Shown: positions 1 to 10,837, counted from the stretch's first letter. The stretch is 64,000 nt of DNA from Promethearchaeota archaeon (GCA_019058245.1 JAHPZJ010000030.1:1-64000), one strand, 5' to 3'. Notes: a model not told the origin generated them from the sequence alone. Program-made: numbers and translations.

Positions 1-88
1 GTTTTATTCGAATAACCATCATATAATAAAAAATAATTTAAATCTTATTTACATAATTTTAATAAAAAGATATTGAATGAGATTTTAA

Positions 89-1006
89 ATGTTCAAAGAG
101 AAATTTAGCGAAGGTATTATAACTGCGAAGCAATTTGATCGAGAAGATATTGAATATATCCTAAAAAAAGGCAATGAAATGATGAAAATCAAAAATTCAA
201 ATCTTCTTCATGGGAAAATTCTAGCTACATTATTCTTTGAGCCATCTACTCGCACTCGTCTTAGTTTTGAATCTGCGATGTATAGACTAGGGGGGAATGT
301 TATCGGTTTTCATTCTGGAGATGTATCTTCAATAAAAAAAGGTGAAACTATTGCTGATACGATAAGAACCGTGGAGAATTATAGCGATTGCATAGTGATG
401 AGACACTCACTTGAAGGAGCTGCTAGAATGGCTTCGAAATTCACAAAAATCCCTATTATAAATGCTGGATCGGGAAGTGGAGAACATCCTACCCAAGCAT
501 TATTAGATTTATTAACTATTACTGAAGAGATTGGACCATTAGATGGTTTGAATATAGGTATAATGGGTGATCTCAAATATGGAAGGACGGTGCATTCACT
601 TTCAATTTTATTATCCAATTTTGATGTAAATATATATTTCATAAGCCCAGAAAGCTTAAGAATGAGAAATCGAGATATAGACTTTTTGCAGCAGCACAAA
701 ATCCAATATAAAGAAATTACAAATTATAGAAAAATATTAAATATATTAGATGTTCTTTATATGACAAGAATCCAAAAAGAAAGATTTGTCGATATTGAAG
801 AGTATGAAAAATTAAAGAATTTCTATATATTTAGAGAAGATGATCTTGATGATACAAAAGATAATTTCAAATTATTACATCCTTTACCTCGCGTTTTAGA
901 AATTTCTCCTGAAGTTGATGCTTCAAAAAAAGCCATTTATTTTAAGCAAACATTTTATGGAATTCCAATGAGAAAAGCTATTCTAGCCGAGCTAATGACT
1001 GATTAA
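89..1006 (+). CDS. pyrB: Aspartate carbamoyltransferase catalytic subunit
   Basis: FFEPSTRTRLSFE carbamoyl-phosphate motif, HPTQ, GDLKYGRTVHS, RIQKER, HPLPR. Confidence 0.97.
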   Translation: MFKEKFSEGIITAKQFDREDIEYILKKGNEMMKIKNSNLLHGKILATLFFEPSTRTRLSFESAMYRLGGNVIGFHSGDVSSIKKGETIADTIRTVENYSDCIVMRHSLEGAARMASKFTKIPIINAGSGSGEHPTQALLDLLTITEEIGPLDGLNIGIMGDLKYGRTVHSLSILLSNFDVNIYFISPESLRMRNRDIDFLQQHKIQYKEITNYRKILNILDVLYMTRIQKERFVDIEEYEKLKNFYIFREDDLDDTKDNFKLLHPLPRVLEISPEVDASKKAIYFKQTFYGIPMRKAILAELMTD

Positions 1007-1039
1007 TTCTTAAAAAAGTAAAAAAATTTTCGTATTCTA

Positions 1040-3028
1040 CTATTCAAAAAAACAATCCTTAATAGATATAAACTCTATTTCGGATTTAAAAAGATTTTTT
1101 AACAATTCATAAACTGATAATTCATCTGTATTAATTTTTTCTATAAACAATGTACCTCCATTGATAATTTTTTGAAATTTTTTAAATAGGGATATTCTTT
1201 TATTTATGGAAAGTTTTGATCCACTCCTTATCAATTTTGATGAATATTGATTTCTCTCTTTATTTAATTTTAAACAGCCATTATGCCATGTATCTTTTAG
1301 ATATGAATCATAATGAGGTTGACTGAGAACAAAATTATTACCATTAAGTTGATTTGTTTCCTCAATTAATTCTTTCATTAAAGATAAAACATTAAAGGCA
1401 AATTTCTTACTATTTTCTGTTCTGTCGAGTTCGATTCCACAATGATTAAGGATAGCATCATTTAATCCGAAAAAACTAATAGATTTCAGGGATTTTCTTA
1501 TTAAATCTTCATAATGTTCATTTAGAATTTCTGAACCAATGAATATCCATTGTTTAAGAGAATGCAATTTCTTTATTACCAATTCCTCTTTATAATTAAA
1601 CAATTCAAAGACGGAATTTAACTTATTTTCCAATACTTCTAAAAATCTATCATCATTTTGTTTTGCTACTTCTGATATTCTGTGTAAATTTATTAAAATT
1701 TTATCTAATACAATTATATTATTGTTAATATCAGGTATTTGAATGATAGATGAATTTAACAAATTTTTTCTATTTGAATCGTATAGAAAGAGATCTCCTT
1801 TATTTGTTTCGGCAATATAATATTTCAAAAGACTATCTTTCGAATCCAATAAATACTTATCTGATATATTTGAAAGTAGTAAAGGCCTAACGCGATCTTT
1901 ATTTTGAAGGAACATGGAATTATAGAATTCTGCATCAACCTGAGAATTATTGAAAAAATTTTCAGATGTTTTTCCACTGTTATTGAATCCTAAAGATAAG
2001 TGAGATTTACCATCATTAAAAAGAGTATTGAATCGGAGTAGTTGGGATGATAAAATATTGAAATGGGATGGTTTTATTTTAGGTGAAGCAAAACAAGAAA
2101 GAAAGTAGGTGTTGAATTCTCCTAATAGCAAATCTTCAGAATAAAAATGTTTAAATTGATATAAAATATCTAAAAACTGAGAAATTATATTGTTTAATTC
2201 ACTTCTCCTAACATCATTTTGGAGATTAATTGAATTTTTTTTAGACAAATAATCAATTAGAGTTTTAGTATTAAGGTAAATACTTAATGGTCTTAGACTC
2301 CAATAATTTAGATGTAATAGAGCAATTTCACCCGATAAATATAAGTCAGCTAGATTTTTTGGTAGTAGATTCAATAGTAAAAATTGCTCAGAAACATCAG
2401 ATCCTAGCCTTTTTATTAACGTTTCTGGTGAAAACTGTTTTTCTTTAGAATTAAATAGTTGAAATACTTCAAATGGGGGTGTACCTAATCGAGTTAATCT
2501 GTGTCTAACCTCTTCTAATCCATTTTCGAGTAAAACAACATTAATAAATTCACGCATTAAAGGTGCGGTCATATATTCTATATTTGTTTTAGAAAGCCGT
2601 TCTTCTACTTCATGAGATATTTGTTTAGCTAAATATCGCTCTAAATCTCCCTCATTTACAAGGTATTCCTCAATCTTACTTATATCAAATAATTCTTTAG
2701 AATATTTCGAAGTTCGAATCATTATTGTTTTTTTTTGGTTGTTAAGGATTTCTTCAATAGATAAAATCTTATCAATTATTTTTTCACCTAAAAGTGAAAT
2801 GGAGTATCCCTCATCAGAAGTTATAATTAATTCGCTTTCCTTTAATGAGTTTAAATGAAAAGATAAATTTACAGAAGAAAGATTATGACCTAAAACATCT
2901 TTTTGTAGCTTTGAAAATGATATTGGAGATTGGACATTTTTTAATTTCTTTAATATATCAATTCTAATCTTTTGACCTAAGGTTTTTAACTGTTTTTCTA
3001 AAAGTGATTGATTTTTGTCGGTATCCAA
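1040..3028 (-). CDS. ArsR-type HTH + ATP-cone + degenerate class III ribonucleotide reductase (NrdD)-like protein
   Basis: N-terminal wHTH (RIDILKKL..ISFSKL..NLSFHLNSL); ATP cone (IRTS..FDISKI..TAPLMREFIN); NrdD-like LLPKNLADLYLSGEI and SISFFGLND; no C-terminal Zn ribbon or glycyl-radical motif. Confidence 0.8.
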   Translation of the reverse strand: MDTDKNQSLLEKQLKTLGQKIRIDILKKLKNVQSPISFSKLQKDVLGHNLSSVNLSFHLNSLKESELIITSDEGYSISLLGEKIIDKILSIEEILNNQKKTIMIRTSKYSKELFDISKIEEYLVNEGDLERYLAKQISHEVEERLSKTNIEYMTAPLMREFINVVLLENGLEEVRHRLTRLGTPPFEVFQLFNSKEKQFSPETLIKRLGSDVSEQFLLLNLLPKNLADLYLSGEIALLHLNYWSLRPLSIYLNTKTLIDYLSKKNSINLQNDVRRSELNNIISQFLDILYQFKHFYSEDLLLGEFNTYFLSCFASPKIKPSHFNILSSQLLRFNTLFNDGKSHLSLGFNNSGKTSENFFNNSQVDAEFYNSMFLQNKDRVRPLLLSNISDKYLLDSKDSLLKYYIAETNKGDLFLYDSNRKNLLNSSIIQIPDINNNIIVLDKILINLHRISEVAKQNDDRFLEVLENKLNSVFELFNYKEELVIKKLHSLKQWIFIGSEILNEHYEDLIRKSLKSISFFGLNDAILNHCGIELDRTENSKKFAFNVLSLMKELIEETNQLNGNNFVLSQPHYDSYLKDTWHNGCLKLNKERNQYSSKLIRSGSKLSINKRISLFKKFQKIINGGTLFIEKINTDELSVYELLKNLFKSEIEFISIKDCFFE

Positions 3029-3341
3029 TTTTATACAATTCTCTATAATCTTTTTTTTAATCTACTTAAATAATTAATGTGTCCAAATTTTATTTAAAAA
3101 TTTAGGTGTTTTCGAAGTTATAAATGATTTTAGATAATATGTAGGTGATATGAATCCATACTTTAAAAAAATTAATCTTCTATTTAGATTAGTTTAACCT
3201 GTAAGAATTATAAAAATTGTAATTTAATATTTTTATATATTATAATACTAAAAATTGGATTATTTTTTTTTTAAATTTCAATTAACTTCAATTAAATTAT
3301 ATAATAAATTTTAAATTCTTACTAAAAGTTGACATAGAACA

Positions 3342-4823
3342 ATGTCAAAAAGAAAGCCATTAACTGAATTAATTTTATTTCAGAAGGATACAGAAATCTT
3401 GGAAGAAAGAGGGAAAAATTTTTTCCAAATAGATTTTTTAAAGGCTGCAATGACATTCTTAGTGATCTTTGATCATATAGTAGATTGGGGGATTAAAAGT
3501 AAGATTGGAGTGTCATTATGGGAACGTATATCAATTCCAGTATTTTTAGTTATAATGGGATTCAATATGGGTATTTCTTTTCAGAGGAAAGGACTTACTA
3601 AGTTAAATGAATTATACTCATGGAGTTATTTTAAAAGTAAAATCTTGAGATATATTGTCCCTTTTCTAGTGTTATATAGTTTTTCTACTGTAATAGGGCT
3701 AATTTTTTATCAGTTTAACATTACAGCAATGTATTATGGGCAATATTATCCGAATCATGGATTTATACAATTATTTACGGGTATATTACCATTTTGGGGT
3801 CCTGGAAATTGGTTTATACCTGTTATTTTTGAATCTATTCTGATTTTTCCATTAGTTTATTGGGCCTTTGCAAAGAAACAAATATTTACATTAATTCTAT
3901 GTTTTACTATTGAAATTGTACTTCAATTAATAGTATTTTTCTTTATTGGGGAAATTACAAGCTGGGAAGAAGCTCATATACTTGGTTTATTTATGACAAG
4001 CTTTCCATTCTATTTATCTGCAATTGGTCTAGGGCTTTGGTTTTCATTTAATCCTAAACCTTTTTCAAGACGTAACTTATTTATTTGGATTTTATTCCCA
4101 ATTAGTTTGATATATATCATTTTATACCAATTCTTTGGATTTCGACTTTTGATTAATGATATTCCATTAATCAGAGGAGATTATAATTCCTTAGTATTCC
4201 CTTATTCAGCAGTTTTAGTTTTGTTGGTAATGATTATATTACCACAATACTCAGAAAATAGATTTTCACACGCTATTTCATTAATTGGAAAGTCCACTTA
4301 CCATATTTTGCTTACTCAAATCTTCGGATATGGAATGATTTTTGCTTGGAGGGGTGCACATTACCTTATAAATGTTGGATTTACCTTTTTTGATGCATTA
4401 CTCTTAATATATGCTTGGATAATATTTATACCCTTTGGAGTTTTATGGTATAAGTTAGATCAAGAAAAAGTTATAATTAGACGTTTGTTGTATTATGTAA
4501 ACTTTTTCTTAATATTCATTGTAGTAGTATATACTATGTTTGTTTGGTTAACTCCCCCCTTAATTAACTGGGTACCAATCCCTTTTATTATAATCCTTAT
4601 TTATGCTGCTACTGTATTAACAATTAATATTCTATTAAAAAATCCAGTTAAAACAACAACTTTAGCTCTTTGGACATTATTTCTAGTATATCTATTCATT
4701 CTTACAATACTTTACATTGGAATTCTTCCACCTAGCGAATATCTGATTCAAAATATTTCTATAAGTACATTTCTTATATTAGTAATTATTGGTACGGTTT
4801 TAGATTATACTTTCAGAAAATAA
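3342..4823 (+). CDS. Acyltransferase-3 (OafA-like) integral membrane protein
   Basis: IDFLKAAMTFLVIFDH and PVFLVIMGF motifs, R..RYIVPF, STYHILLTQ; many TM segments. Confidence 0.8.
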   Translation: MSKRKPLTELILFQKDTEILEERGKNFFQIDFLKAAMTFLVIFDHIVDWGIKSKIGVSLWERISIPVFLVIMGFNMGISFQRKGLTKLNELYSWSYFKSKILRYIVPFLVLYSFSTVIGLIFYQFNITAMYYGQYYPNHGFIQLFTGILPFWGPGNWFIPVIFESILIFPLVYWAFAKKQIFTLILCFTIEIVLQLIVFFFIGEITSWEEAHILGLFMTSFPFYLSAIGLGLWFSFNPKPFSRRNLFIWILFPISLIYIILYQFFGFRLLINDIPLIRGDYNSLVFPYSAVLVLLVMIILPQYSENRFSHAISLIGKSTYHILLTQIFGYGMIFAWRGAHYLINVGFTFFDALLLIYAWIIFIPFGVLWYKLDQEKVIIRRLLYYVNFFLIFIVVVYTMFVWLTPPLINWVPIPFIIILIYAATVLTINILLKNPVKTTTLALWTLFLVYLFILTILYIGILPPSEYLIQNISISTFLILVIIGTVLDYTFRK

Positions 4824-4954
4824 TTAATTTTTTTCCTTAATTCTTTATTCCTAATTTTAATAGAATTGAAAAATTGGACTCCAATATAATTTAATATAAA
4901 ATCAAAATATAAAATTATAACAATAGATTTTTTATTAAGATATAAGGTTTTGTT

Positions 4955-5626
4955 ATGGCTCGGAATGAAATGAAAAGAAAATATAAGAAAGTATCTATAT
5001 TATTATGGGCTGCATTATTTATAACCACTATAGTAATGGCGGCTTTAATTTTAGGAAATGTATTTACCACTGATGAGATTTGGATTCCCCTGATTCCTGT
5101 AGGTGTATTAATAATAATAGCTATTGCTGCTACAATTATTAACTTTAGTTCTTATTCGAGGAAAAGGATGAGTGTTGTTGGAATTTGGGCCGTGGTTTTT
5201 ATAACAGCTATAGTAATGGCAGCTTTAATAATTGGAGATATCTTTAGTCCTGAAGAGTATTGGATTCCTTCGATTCCAATAGGTTGTTTATCTGTTTTGG
5301 CAATTGTCTTAACAATATTAGAATTCACTACTGGTGAAGTAAAGTATTGTCCCAAATGTGGAAGATTATTCGAGAAAAAATGGGATTTTTGTCAGGAGTG
5401 TGGCACTAGAATTATTATGAAATGCCCCAACTGTGATGAAAAAATTAAAGGAAATCCTAAATATTGTGTGAAGTGTGGAATAAATCTAAGTGAAGTTGAT
5501 GTTCTTCATGGTAGTGCAACTAACATTAAATTTAACATTGAAGGTTATACAAATACTTGTGAAAATTGTGGAGCACCCGCTAAACCTGAAGCAAAATATT
5601 GTGTATTTTGTGGTGCTGCACAATAA
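4955..5626 (+). CDS. Membrane protein with duplicated 2-TM unit and C-terminal zinc ribbons
   Basis: Internal repeat FIT.IVMAALI.G..F...E.WIP.IP.G occurs twice; six CxxC motifs. Confidence 0.8.
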   Translation: MARNEMKRKYKKVSILLWAALFITTIVMAALILGNVFTTDEIWIPLIPVGVLIIIAIAATIINFSSYSRKRMSVVGIWAVVFITAIVMAALIIGDIFSPEEYWIPSIPIGCLSVLAIVLTILEFTTGEVKYCPKCGRLFEKKWDFCQECGTRIIMKCPNCDEKIKGNPKYCVKCGINLSEVDVLHGSATNIKFNIEGYTNTCENCGAPAKPEAKYCVFCGAAQ

Positions 5627-5742
5627 TTCCTTATTTTCTAAAAATTACCCAAAACTAAGTAAATCATATTCATGGAGTTATTTACTACTTAAATTTATAT
5701 CCAAAATTAATAAATAATAAAGTTATTTTCTTTTAGTTCTAT

Positions 5743-5895
5743 TTACAAATTTAACAAATGATCTCTATACTCCGTTGACTTATTATTTTTAATTTCTTTA
5801 ATTAACTCTTTTAAAGTTGCTTTAAAATGTTCTTTTAGAGTATTTCCTTGAAAATTTTCATTGTTAACCATCCATTTATGTTTTTTCAGTTCCAT
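5743..5895 (-). CDS. Small hypothetical protein (50 aa, MELKKHKWMV...)
   Basis: Hand-translated open frame with ATG and upstream GAGGA; below the ORF-track size cutoff. Confidence 0.35.
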   Translation of the reverse strand: MELKKHKWMVNNENFQGNTLKEHFKATLKELIKEIKNNKSTEYRDHLLNL

Positions 5896-6113
5896 TATTC
5901 TTCAAATCCTCTTTAATCAAGTAATTTAAAGTAAAAATGAATATTTTCTTTTTACATAGTAATTTTCCTAATTTGATTGAAAAATTTACCTAATACATTT
6001 TAAGTATACTTAGAGGTTTTAATATTTGTAATAAGAACAAATAACTAGAGCAATCATACAGCTATTCTTAAAGGTTCAATCTTAGAAGTCATAATTAGAA
6101 CCTATTCCTCCAT

Positions 6114-7793
6114 TTAATCTTTTAACTTTTTTGCTATTGTAAATATAAATGTTGTCCCTGAACCTAATAAACTTGTAAATGTTATGCTACCTCCATGCAA
6201 TTCTACAAGCCTTTTGGTTAATGATAATCCAAGTCCAGTTCCAGGAACAGAATGTACATATGCAGAATCTACTCTTTTAAATTCCTTAAAGATTATTTTA
6301 AAATCCTTATGATCTATACCAATACCTGTATCCTTAACTTTAAAAATCCAATGATCCCATTTTTCTTGTACTTTGAGGGTGATATAACCCTCAATAGTAA
6401 ACTTAATAGCATTACTCATTAGGTTTAATAAGATTTCTTTAAATCGGATTGGATCAGCATAAATATACTTCTCTTCTTCTAACCCTTTTACCTTGACCTT
6501 AAGCTTCTTTTTATGGTAAAAAGGCTTTAGATTCGATATAACTTGTTCAACTATAGTATTCAATGAAAATTTTTGTAGGTTTAATGATATTTGTCCAGAT
6601 TCTATTTTCGAAATATTTAAGATATGTTCTATCATGTCAAATTGATGCTGAGCCGAATTTTTAATATCGTTTATAAATTCTAGCTGTTTCTTAGTTATTG
6701 TTCCATAAACTTGTTCTAAAAGTAAATCAGAAAAACCAATAATAGAATTAAGAGGAGTTCGTAATTCATGAGATATCATTGACATAAATTCTGACTTAAA
6801 TTGAGATCTTTTTAAGATCTCATTCATCAATAATTTCTGTTGATTTAAAGCATTATGCAGTTCTCGTGTTCTTCTTTTAACTTCTCTTTCCAACTTTTCT
6901 CTAAATTTATTTTGCAGATCTTCTATTTTTTTCCTTTCTGTTATATCTCTGAAAATTCCGAAGTATCCAATTATGTTATTATTCAAATCATATTTTTTCG
7001 TTATAGAAGTTTCTATTGTTATTTTTTCACCATTTTTTTTAATAATTTTAAATTCAAAAGGAATATCAGGTATTTCAGTAACATTCAAATTAGTTAATAT
7101 ATTATAACTCCCTTCATCTAGTAGACTACTCAGAGGTTTATTTATTAATTCTTCATGAGAATATCCTAAGATTTTACACAGAGAATTATTAAAAAATATT
7201 AAATTTTCATCAATATCAAATTCAAAATATGCTTCTTTTATATTATTCAGAATTTCTTGATATCTTCTTTCATGCTCATAAAGCTTTTTCCCACTTTTAT
7301 ATAATAATTCTAAGGAATTCTTTTTTTGAGAAAGACTCCATAATCTGATTTCAGGAAATATTGTAGATAGTTTCTTTAGTTCTTCCTGAGATTTATTTAA
7401 TTTTTTTTGAAGAACCTCCTTTTCACTAAAATCATGAGCAAATTGGATTATTATATTTCCATTTTGGGATTTAAGTGGAATTCCGAAACCTCGGACATAT
7501 AAATATTGACCATCTGATTTTTTTAACATGTAATCCATATATTGATTTCTTTTAACAGTTAGTTTTAAAAATTTTGTCAAGTTAATTTTTTTTGACTGAA
7601 AATTCTTTTGTTTAATTATTTGATTTAGCGTTAATGCCTGAATTTTTTTCTTATTATTATAACCTAAAGCAATAATAAAACTATGATTAACATCAATGAT
7701 TCTACCTCGCAGATCGTGGATATAGATTAAATCTAAGGAATTATTAATTAATAAATCCAATTCTGGTCCTAAATTAATCATATTGCTTGACAT
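6114..7793 (-). CDS. Cytoplasmic PAS-PAS sensor histidine kinase
   Basis: Two PAS-like segments; H-box SHELRTPL; N box NLMSNAIKF; G1 DTGIG; G2 GTGLGL. Confidence 0.93.
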   Translation of the reverse strand: MSSNMINLGPELDLLINNSLDLIYIHDLRGRIIDVNHSFIIALGYNNKKKIQALTLNQIIKQKNFQSKKINLTKFLKLTVKRNQYMDYMLKKSDGQYLYVRGFGIPLKSQNGNIIIQFAHDFSEKEVLQKKLNKSQEELKKLSTIFPEIRLWSLSQKKNSLELLYKSGKKLYEHERRYQEILNNIKEAYFEFDIDENLIFFNNSLCKILGYSHEELINKPLSSLLDEGSYNILTNLNVTEIPDIPFEFKIIKKNGEKITIETSITKKYDLNNNIIGYFGIFRDITERKKIEDLQNKFREKLEREVKRRTRELHNALNQQKLLMNEILKRSQFKSEFMSMISHELRTPLNSIIGFSDLLLEQVYGTITKKQLEFINDIKNSAQHQFDMIEHILNISKIESGQISLNLQKFSLNTIVEQVISNLKPFYHKKKLKVKVKGLEEEKYIYADPIRFKEILLNLMSNAIKFTIEGYITLKVQEKWDHWIFKVKDTGIGIDHKDFKIIFKEFKRVDSAYVHSVPGTGLGLSLTKRLVELHGGSITFTSLLGSGTTFIFTIAKKLKD

Positions 7794-7919
7794 CGAATTG
7801 ATTAGAAAATATTATTCATTTTTAACCCATAATAACATAGTGTAAAAGTATATAAACTAATATTTTTAGTAAAATTAAAAAAATCAATTAGAACCATAAC
7901 TTTATCTATTTTTTTTAAA

Positions 7920-8669
7920 TTAGTCATTAATATTCAAGCTAGGTTTTAAAAATCCATAGTATGCGCCAAAAATTGCAATTATTACACAAAACCATGCTAG
8001 AAAATAAAAAATAGTGAAGCCAAAACCTCCCAATAAGATTAAGAACCGGTCAATTAAAAAGTTAAAAAAAACAACTATTAGACTTAATGACATGATTGAC
8101 AAAGATAAAAATGCTTTTTTATATAACAAATCTTGAGTAGTTCTATAAGATTTATAAGCACGAATCATAAATGGTGAATATACTGCTAATACTAGAATAA
8201 ATACAAAAAGGAAAGCTAAAGCATCAAAAAGTACATTTTCTTTTATATAAATTATTATTGAATAAATTGCTGTAAAGCTTCCATAGAAAAAAATGCAAAA
8301 TTTTCTAATTTTATTAATTTCTAAATTAAATACTTTTTCTTTGAAAATATAACTAATTAAAGTTCCAATGATTATAAATAAAAAACTTATTCTAAAACCA
8401 GTAATCCTCAATAATATCCAAGATAATGGGGTTAATGGATCTGGAATAGATTCATCAATTACATAATTAATATTTGAAAATAAAATGAGAATTTTTGAAA
8501 ACCATGAAAAAATTATTGCGATAATGTAGTTTAAGAACATTAAAAATAATAAAAGAGAAAGATAATGACGAGTTTTAATATAATTAGAAAATATGAGAAT
8601 TAATAAAATGGTGGCAATTATAATTATGCTGCCTTCATAAATTATACCTATAAAATACGGATTTATCAT
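7920..8669 (-). CDS. Hypothetical ~7-TM membrane protein upstream of the histidine kinase
   Basis: About seven hydrophobic segments; same strand as and directly upstream of the kinase. Confidence 0.7.
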   Translation of the reverse strand: MINPYFIGIIYEGSIIIIATILLILIFSNYIKTRHYLSLLLFLMFLNYIIAIIFSWFSKILILFSNINYVIDESIPDPLTPLSWILLRITGFRISFLFIIIGTLISYIFKEKVFNLEINKIRKFCIFFYGSFTAIYSIIIYIKENVLFDALAFLFVFILVLAVYSPFMIRAYKSYRTTQDLLYKKAFLSLSIMSLSLIVVFFNFLIDRFLILLGGFGFTIFYFLAWFCVIIAIFGAYYGFLKPSLNIND

Positions 8670-8841
8670 ATAAAAACAAAATAAAATTTTTTGTATTTAT
8701 GATTTGCGCTTTGATGTGCTTAAAGTAAAATTTAAAGCATTTTTATTTCAGTATATTAAGGAATAATAAACAAAAATTAAATTTGAGTTATCTTCAAGAA
8801 AAATATTACTATTTCTTTTTTAATTAGATTTCATTCACATT

Positions 8842-9018
8842 TCACACATTTACTATGTTTTCTAGTTTAAATGCTTGTACTTCTGAACGCCAGTGTCTGA
8901 ATAACGCATACTCTTCAAACTTTTTAATAATTTCTTGATTTTTATCCGCATCAATAAACAGATATTCCATGCATATCTTCCACTGTTCTCTGGTTAGATC
9001 AATATTGACTCCCTTCAT
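8842..9018 (-). CDS. Small hypothetical protein (58 aa, MKGVNIDLTREQWK...)
   Basis: Hand-translated frame with ATG and AGGA upstream; protein-like composition. Confidence 0.45.
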   Translation of the reverse strand: MKGVNIDLTREQWKICMEYLFIDADKNQEIIKKFEEYALFRHWRSEVQAFKLENIVNV

Positions 9019-9342
9019 TATTATCCTTTTAGAACTTTTAACGGATTTCTTAGGATTTTGACTATAAAAATATAATAAAGTTTGTTTATTTAAGTTCTGG
9101 CTTTTTTTATTTTTTCTCCTGGATGATTGTTGCTAATTCTTTTTATTAATAATTAAAATTCCTGCGGTGGTTCCAACAAGAATTTTATAAGTGTATCACC
9201 ATGGGGGAATTTCTTAGCTATTTCATAAACATATTATAATTCTTACATCATTCAGGATGGAAAATTAAAACCAATCAGATTTCTTTTTAGCTTTTCGATA
9301 AAATCTTTTATGTATAGGGATTATTGGATAAAAAATATTCAG

Positions 9343-9616
9343 TTAAAAGAAGGAAGGAATACAAATTTGAGCGATATTTTTAGGAGAAGAATAATTTATT
9401 TGAGGTTTTAGGGGTTTGTGAAATCTATATTAGCTCAAATTAAATATTTTAATATTCCCTTCTCTTCGATTATATCAAAATATATTATTTAAGGTATGTA
9501 TTATTTTGGAATACAAATAAACCTAAATAAAAACATTCAGGGGCATTATCGTATAGTATAAATTTCCTAATTTAGTAAAATCTTATATAGCACATAACCC
9601 AACCCCCCTATAGGAA
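9343..9616 (+). repeat. Left arm of ~275-bp imperfect inverted repeat
   Basis: Reverse complement of 11445..11721; first 65 bp match 64/65, remainder roughly 80-85% by eye. Confidence 0.92.
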
Positions 9617-10016
9617 AAAGTAAACGAATTAGAAAAGATGTCTATATAGTGGAATAAAATATATTATTATGATTGTCTAAATTGAAAAAACCTTACTCTA
9701 TCACAGAATCTGGATTTATTTATATAGCAATCAATGCATTTTTTTTTTCATTTTTTATATTATCTGTTATTTTATATCAAAATAATCTTAATTCATTTAA
9801 TCGATTTAAGATATATTAAAATATGTACAAATAAATTTTAAAAAAAAAGCACATGACAAAATTCGAAATTTAGATATTTCTTTTTTTTCACTACTTTTTT
9901 TTAAATTTTTCCTAGAATAAAAAAGAATTTTAAACAAAGCAAACAATATTTAAAGTTAATAAAAAAATAACTTAGAAAAATCGTTAATTTAACTGACTTT
10001 AATTCAATCTATTAGG

Positions 10017-10148
10017 TTAGGATCGTTTAAACCTTTCCTTCTTTTTTTTATATATGTCCTCAATATCAGAATCGATTTTTTCGTAAGTTTGTTTAAACAG
10101 ATCTTTAATTTGACTTTTAGTATCCTTTTTTTGCTGATTATCTGACAT
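10017..10148 (-). CDS. Small charged hypothetical protein (43 aa, MSDNQQKKDTK...)
   Basis: GGAGG SD before the ATG; lies 13 bp downstream of the 2-TM gene. Confidence 0.6.
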   Translation of the reverse strand: MSDNQQKKDTKSQIKDLFKQTYEKIDSDIEDIYKKKKERFKRS

Positions 10149-10161
10149 TAATTCAACCTCC

Positions 10162-10560
10162 TTACAGTTTTTCTATAAGTTGTTCCAATTCTTGGAATTT
10201 TTTTTTATAATTTCTTAGTATTTCTTCAGAAGAAACTAATGTATTATATGCTTCTTCTTCTGCAGTCTCTTTAGTCTTTTCAGCCATTTGTGCTGTTTTT
10301 TCAGCTTGACTAGCGGCTTTTTCGGCAGGGATTCGACCAAAATAATAACCTAATATGACTCCTCCCCATCCTCCCAAAATTGAAAAAATACCCTCTGCAC
10401 TCGTTAAATCTATTGGAGATGCAAATAAAGCAGGCCAAAGCAATATTAGTGTATATACAATAATAAATATTCCAATAATTGCAGTTATAACTTCTTTAAA
10501 TATTGTCGTTGAAAACACTTTAGGTTCTTCTTTTTTAATGTTGTTATTATCATTTGACAG
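10162..10560 (-). CDS. 2-TM protein with GYYFG motif and coiled-coil tail (probable CTG start)
   Basis: Two TM helices, GGWGGVILGYYFGR, Ala/Glu/Lys-rich tail; frame is open upstream to a CTG at 10558-10560 preceded by GAGGTG. Confidence 0.7.
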   Translation of the reverse strand: MSNDNNNIKKEEPKVFSTTIFKEVITAIIGIFIIVYTLILLWPALFASPIDLTSAEGIFSILGGWGGVILGYYFGRIPAEKAASQAEKTAQMAEKTKETAEEEAYNTLVSSEEILRNYKKKFQELEQLIEKL

Positions 10561-10837
10561 GTTTCACACCTCTGTTTTTAATAATGTAGGATTTCTATTA
10601 ATACTTAAAATAATAAATTAGAAAATCATTTTTTGATATTTAAATATTACTCAAGAGTTAATAAATTTGAAAATTATGATGATCTTTTATTCTTAATATA
10701 TTTAAGCACCAAAATTCGAAATTTTATTGATTTTTCCCATGAATTTTATTCTGGGAGCAAAAAATTTTAATAAGCAAATCTAAATATTTCTGAACGAGCG
10801 ATAAAGGTAATTAAAATTGAAAATAGATTTTAGAATT

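Noticed and set aside
1040-3028. Functional anaerobic ribonucleotide reductase nrdD
   Set aside because: Glycyl-radical loop, Zn site and catalytic Cys are not visible
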